In this document: one piece after another, positions 60,001 through 64,000 of the stretch | Layout of the letters: each line of letters starts with the position of its first letter | Numbering within the stretch: the first letter of the stretch is position 1 | Assembly (NCBI GenBank): GCA_044225505.1 | Contig: JBGAIN010000003.1 | Location: 1 to 64,000, forward strand | DNA from: Limisphaerales bacterium | Lineage (GTDB): Bacteria; Verrucomicrobiota; Verrucomicrobiia; Limisphaerales; SIBE01 | DNA length: 64,000 bases | Direction of reading: 5' to 3' | Notes under the pieces: model-generated | Told to the model about the DNA's origin: nothing | Databases searched by the model: none | Seen by the model: only the letters and a program-made list of their open reading frames with translations | Translations under genes and position numbers: made by a program

Positions 60001-62958
60001 ACGCGTTCAACCGCCGAGCGCCTGCAAATGCTCTGGCAGGCCCTGGAACAAAGTCCCGCGAGCGTTGTCATCACGGATCTCCGTGGAGCGATCGAATATG
60101 TCAATCCCAAGTTTACGGAAGTCTCCGGATATAGTCTGGACGAGGTGCGAGGACAAAACCCACGCGTGCTGCGCGGCGAAGGATTGAATCCCGAAACGTA
60201 CCGGACGCTCTGGGCGACCATATCGGCTGGGCAGAACTGGCGCGGCGATTTCTGCAATCGAAAAAAGAACGGTGAGCTCTTTTGGGAATCAGCCCTGATT
60301 TCGCCGATTCGCGCTAGCTCGGGCGAGGTCACGCGCTACCTGGCCATTAAGGAAGACATCACCGAAAGAAAGCGGGCGGAGCAGGATTTGAAGGAGATGA
60401 ATGGCCAGCTCCAACTTGCCTCCCAACGAGCCAACGAAATGGCCGTCCAGGCCGAGCAAGCCAGTGTGGCCAAGAGCCAGTTCCTTGCGAACATGAGCCA
60501 CGAGATCCGCACGCCGATCAACGGCGTTATCGGAATGACCAGCTTGCTTTTGGACACCTCTCTCAACGAGGAACAACGCGAGTACGCCACCCGGGCTCGG
60601 AGCAGTGGTCAAGCGCTGCTTTCCGTCATCAACGACATTCTGGACTTCTCGAAGATTGAAGCTGGTAAACTCGAACTCGAAGTGCTCGAATTCGACCTGC
60701 GCAAGAGTCTTGAGGAGGTCGTTGATCTCTTAGCCTCGCCCGCCGGAGAGAAGAAGCTAGAACTGGCTTGTTTGATCGAGCCCAACGTTCCACTGCAACT
60801 GTGTGGTGACCCGAGCCGCTTGCGCCAAATCCTTTTGAACCTCGGCGGTAATGCCGTCAAATTCACAACTCGTGGCGAAGTGGTCTTGCACGTTGGCCTC
60901 GAGTCTGAGAATTCGGAGCGCGCAACAGTGCGATTCGCGGTCCGGGATACTGGCATCGGCATCCCCGCCGAACGCCTTCCAGCGCTCTTCTCCCCGTTCA
61001 CGCAAGTCGACGGGTCCACCACGCGCCGATATGGCGGAACAGGATTAGGCTTGGCGATCTGCCGACAGCTAGCTGAACTGATGCAAGGGACAGTTGGCGT
61101 CGAAAGCGAGATCGGGAAAGGGTCGACCTTCTGGTGTACCGTCATTCTGGCCAAACAACCTCGCGATACTGGCCTCCAGAACGGTTCAGATGAAAGGCTG
61201 AAGGGCCTCAAGATCCTGGTCGTGGACGATCACTTGGCCAGCCGTCAGTCGGTCGCACAGCAATTAACTGCGCTCGGATGCCAACCGGTCGAAGCTGCCG
61301 ATGCCATGGCTGCATGCGGAATGATTGCCGAAGCCCATCACGCCGGCCAGCCTTGCCAACTCGCGCTGGTCAGTCGCACGGTCTTCCAGAGCGATCCCAC
61401 GAGAATGACCAGCACCGGAGTGCCTCTTATCAAACTGGCTGGATTGAACCAGCGCGAGAGCGATGCCACACTCCGTCGGCAGGGCGTCGCCGGGAGGCTC
61501 ACCAAACCTTGTCGCATCGCGGATCTGGAACAATGCGTTCTACGCCATATCTTTGAATCACGGAACAGCAGTCTTCGCTTTGATTCGGGCGAAGACGCCA
61601 CCGCCCATTCCTCAAAAGTGCCTCTGCGGATTCTGCTCGCGGAAGACGACACAACCAATCAACTCGTCGCCACAAAGATTTTGGAACGGTTTGGCTACGC
61701 GGTGCAGGTGGTCCCCAATGGTCGAGAAACGCTGAAAGAGCTCGCCGCGCGACCTTATGACCTAGTGCTCATGGACTGCCAGATGCCCGAGATGGATGGG
61801 TTTGAGGCGGCTCGATCAATCCGCAAGGGAGTTGCCGGGAAACCCAACGCGGAAATTCCCATCATCGCGCTCACAGCGAACGCTTTGAACTCGGATCGCC
61901 AGCAATGCCTGGAAGCCGGGATGTCCGACTACATCTCCAAGCCGATCGAATTCCAAACGCTCGCCACCGTGCTCGATCGCTGGGAACGCCAACTCGGAGC
62001 GCCCAGCAAGAATCGGCACGCCACGACTCTCGCTCTTCCCACGTCCAAGCCAGGCACGGCGGCGGAGTCGTGCGTGACCACAAGCGGTGACGTCTCGCAA
62101 CCTTCTTCAGTCGCTCTTGATCCCATCCGTTTCTCCAAAAGGATGCGAGGCGACGCGGTCTTGGCACGTCGCGTCGCGAGTCAGATTCTCGCGGAAATGC
62201 CTGGGCACATTCGATCACTGGAAACGGCCGTCAAGAACCACGACCAATCCGCGCTGGCCCAGAAAGCGCGCCAGGTCGCTGGCGCGGCATCGCTTCTCAG
62301 CGCGGAGTGCCTGGCGGCGGCAGCTCAGGAACTGCTCAAGCTTGCTCAAAAAGCGCCTCCAGTAGACCCGACCGATGCGCTCAAACAGCTTGAATCTGCG
62401 TGGGAAACAGTATTCCAACACCTGGAGGCGTTGACTGGTTTGCGCTCCGAACCCAATGTGCCGGGGCCGGACTCATCCCTCAGCGAGCAATCAGCGCGCA
62501 ATTCTGTTAGCTCTCCGCAGCTAACGGATACGACCGACCCAGCCGCAGTAGCGCCTGCGAGCGCGACCTTGGGTCAGACGGGGAGTCTCTCTCCGAAAAA
62601 CACAGAATCGGATGAGTCTGTTCCACAGATTCATAACTCTGCCGCGTTTCTTCAACGCGTCATGAACGATCGCCAGCTCGCGCAAACTCTCAGCGAGAAA
62701 TTCCTCGCCGAGTTGCCTCAACAAATCTCCGAGATCAAACTTGCGATTGCGAGTGGAGACGCGGAGCGGATCACTCAATTGGCGCACCGTCTGCGCGGTT
62801 CCTCTGGGCTCCTGGGCGGCGAGATACTGCAGAACTTGGCCAGCGAGATTGAAATGACCGGGAAGGCAGGGCGTGTAAAAAGCCTTGAAGGATATGTGCC
62901 GTCGCTGGAAACCGCATCGGCAGCACTCCAAGAGCAGCTCCACAAGTTCTGTGGATAG
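57052..62958 (+). CDS. Giant hybrid sensor kinase: two periplasmic sensors (Cache-like and CHASE), 4 PAS, HisKA, HATPase, 2 REC, 2 Hpt
   Basis: 4 TM segments; CHASE-like [19 protein letters not shown]; four PAS/PAC ends ([28 protein letters not shown]); [50 protein letters not shown] before ATG 57052. Confidence 0.93.
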   Translation: MAIPSNAPSKDNLTSVPSWNWARQPGPWIYLLSLLLLGGGSWAVWQRGLEIDSHMRNQLLSQASGIAQTIDSDRIKTLSFSLADKTNGAFLEIRQQMIAYGKAMGLRSIYSQGLRNESIVFGPENLSEQSTQASPPGTIYRHPSKQNVAVFRNGQPFTQGPFHDEYGNFVSAFVPIRDSRTGQVLMVVGLDKDAKDWYQQIWRSSIVPTIFVIGLSLIPVLGRSLLGWRNRQQEHAPACLNHAETLITGTFGLMLTLAAAFWLGDREERGHKSIFHHIADGQATTVREAVRSLRDSLRIGFEHDFGVEPDHGRERFHRDAGPLIRRAILTTLAWAPAVPAAERIRFETDLRQAGMTNWEMFERDWRGQKAPVKDRPIYYPTLFEEPVVENSSIIGSDMAGDPFRYAALEEAARTGLPAATDPFTRQNGTERTRTLVIVSPLYRTIPSSATTPLPEAPTRLPAGVVAAELRCEKFLNELVPAPTTGERMLSARLFQLGTSEPPAWLASCPSTQAAPLRAASNALHDGAHRLEVVRPIFAFGKTYALVMEPGPAFLAAHPALVRWLSVTLGLPLTAVATAVVHLIRRRQKWLESEVRVRTEKLRTSEESYRRQFADNQAVMLLVDPQTGRIVDANSAAAKFYGYTRDQLQTMCIAEINELPEPDVLRALDSVVKQSNAHFEFQHRLADRSTRNVEVHSSVIRIEGRPLIHSIVHDITERKAAEKALATSQRQLATAMSLARLANWEFDVTTGMFTFSASFYAIYGSTVEAEGGLQMSAEDYCKRFLFPEDRTVVSEGVRRALETDDPAFTWQIEHPILRRDGEIRQVLVKLGITKDASGRTVQLHGANQDITQHKRLEATLQARQAKLDSILRTAPVAIGVAVNRVLTEVNPAMCALTGYAPLELIGQPTRLLYASDVDFQRVASEGYSTLGENSSFALETRWKSKSGEIIELLLSASPISANDPSQGITFVGLDITERKRSELATRSTAERLQMLWQALEQSPASVVITDLRGAIEYVNPKFTEVSGYSLDEVRGQNPRVLRGEGLNPETYRTLWATISAGQNWRGDFCNRKKNGELFWESALISPIRASSGEVTRYLAIKEDITERKRAEQDLKEMNGQLQLASQRANEMAVQAEQASVAKSQFLANMSHEIRTPINGVIGMTSLLLDTSLNEEQREYATRARSSGQALLSVINDILDFSKIEAGKLELEVLEFDLRKSLEEVVDLLASPAGEKKLELACLIEPNVPLQLCGDPSRLRQILLNLGGNAVKFTTRGEVVLHVGLESENSERATVRFAVRDTGIGIPAERLPALFSPFTQVDGSTTRRYGGTGLGLAICRQLAELMQGTVGVESEIGKGSTFWCTVILAKQPRDTGLQNGSDERLKGLKILVVDDHLASRQSVAQQLTALGCQPVEAADAMAACGMIAEAHHAGQPCQLALVSRTVFQSDPTRMTSTGVPLIKLAGLNQRESDATLRRQGVAGRLTKPCRIADLEQCVLRHIFESRNSSLRFDSGEDATAHSSKVPLRILLAEDDTTNQLVATKILERFGYAVQVVPNGRETLKELAARPYDLVLMDCQMPEMDGFEAARSIRKGVAGKPNAEIPIIALTANALNSDRQQCLEAGMSDYISKPIEFQTLATVLDRWERQLGAPSKNRHATTLALPTSKPGTAAESCVTTSGDVSQPSSVALDPIRFSKRMRGDAVLARRVASQILAEMPGHIRSLETAVKNHDQSALAQKARQVAGAASLLSAECLAAAAQELLKLAQKAPPVDPTDALKQLESAWETVFQHLEALTGLRSEPNVPGPDSSLSEQSARNSVSSPQLTDTTDPAAVAPASATLGQTGSLSPKNTESDESVPQIHNSAAFLQRVMNDRQLAQTLSEKFLAELPQQISEIKLAIASGDAERITQLAHRLRGSSGLLGGEILQNLASEIEMTGKAGRVKSLEGYVPSLETASAALQEQLHKFCG

Positions 62959-63227
62959 CCACGCGACGTGAGCTCAGCCAGGAATCTCATGGCAAGCCCC
63001 TCGTGGTCGGATCTGTCCGGCTTAGTTCTCGGTCGTGGTAGTGAGCTACCGCGTGGAAAAGCAACCCGGCCCAAGCCTCATTCACCAAATGACCTATTTT
63101 ACGCGATGGGGCTCAACTCCAGTGGTATGATGCCAAACCATCAGCCGTCATTCGCCGTTTTGTCGTGGCTTGCACCGTCGGGAACAACGAGTGTAGCCTG
63201 GGGAATCGCGCAAAACCCTAAAACGTC

Positions 63228-64000
63228 GTGAACGAACAAACTGCGGCGCTAAACGGTCCCTGCACATCTTCCAGTGAAGCGCGTCTCCGGTTGGCCATGA
63301 CGGACGCTGGAATTGGGACGTGGTATCGAGACTTGGTCACCCAGCAGCTGAGCTGGTCAGACGCGTGCCTAAGCCTGTTCGGCTTCCCGGTGGGAACGGA
63401 ATTGACTTACGCGAGGTTTTTGGACGCCTTGCATCCGGACGACCGAAGCCGGATCAATGAGACTGTCAAACGAGCGATCACCTCGCGCGAGCCTTACGAC
63501 GTGGAGTATCGCACGATTTGGCCAGACAGATCAGTCCACTGGGTCGCGGCGAAGGGGCGAGCTTGCTATTCTTCGGAAGGACATCCTCTCGTTTTTCAGG
63601 GGATCGCTCGAGACATCACCCGAGAGAGGCGGATGGACGACGTTCTGCGGGAAAAATCGCAACAACTCGAGCACAGCCTGAGTGAACTTCGGCTGGCTTT
63701 GACGTTTGGACGCTCCGGGACGTTCGATTTGGATATCAAGACCGGCGTGGGTGCAATGTCACCAGAAATGGAAGCCCTCTATGGCGTGGCGCCCGGTACT
63801 TTTAGTGGGACACTCTCCGAATGGGAATCGTGGATTGTTCCGGAAGACCTCGACATTGTGCGCGGAGCAATCGGCCAAACCCTGCGCGACGGCGAAGGTA
63901 TTTCCACATTTCGGATCCACCGACGCGATAACTATGAACTGCGCTGGATCGAGGCCCGGGCTCAGGTTTCCTATGACGATTCGGGCCGCCCCTTCCGTAT
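63228..64000 (+). CDS. Multi-PAS signalling protein, 5' part (runs off the window end)
   Basis: Translated manually from GTG 63228: RLRLAMTDAGIGTW..WSD..LHPDD..EYRTIWPDRSVHWV..RDIT, then a second PAS (GTFDLD..RWIEAR). Frame open to the end. Confidence 0.85.
   Translation, partial: MNEQTAALNGPCTSSSEARLRLAMTDAGIGTWYRDLVTQQLSWSDACLSLFGFPVGTELTYARFLDALHPDDRSRINETVKRAITSREPYDVEYRTIWPDRSVHWVAAKGRACYSSEGHPLVFQGIARDITRERRMDDVLREKSQQLEHSLSELRLALTFGRSGTFDLDIKTGVGAMSPEMEALYGVAPGTFSGTLSEWESWIVPEDLDIVRGAIGQTLRDGEGISTFRIHRRDNYELRWIEARAQVSYDDSGRPFR

Overview
Bacterial genomic DNA, roughly 55-65% GC by eye. The gene content suggests Verrucomicrobiota (inference from the style of the large secreted proteins, FG-GAP/ASPIC and PQQ-type propellers). 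There are four blocks. (1) 0.6-12.7 kb: a mixed-orientation surface-glycan locus with 2 GT2, 1 GT4, an NDP-sugar dehydrogenase, 5 SAM methyltransferases and a YfhO-like GT-C membrane protein. (2) 12.7-19.2 kb: copD/copC/nif3-like genes divergent from speA, plus membrane proteins. (3) 19.5-42.7 kb: an accessory region of giant secreted proteins. These are a 3x discoidin-repeat/Ig/LamG protein, a double FG-GAP/ASPIC protein, a collagen-Kelch-S74 fibre, a 1989-aa Cna-B-like protein and a PQQ-like propeller. The block also holds a deleted serine-hydrolase pseudogene, Y1/RAYT transposase remnants and a palindrome cluster. (4) 43-64 kb: a translationally coupled operon behind a sigma-28-like promoter. 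It joins a partner-switch module (REC-PP2C, RsbW-like, STAS) to a chemosensory system with no stand-alone CheY (CheA-2xCheW-REC, hemerythrin MCP, heme-c MCP, CheW/B/R), followed by a ChpT-like pseudokinase, a REC-kinase, a giant hybrid kinase and a partial PAS protein. Block 4 is the best candidate for an undescribed system. No rRNA, tRNA or CRISPR array was seen. All domain calls come from motif recognition by eye; no database searches were run.
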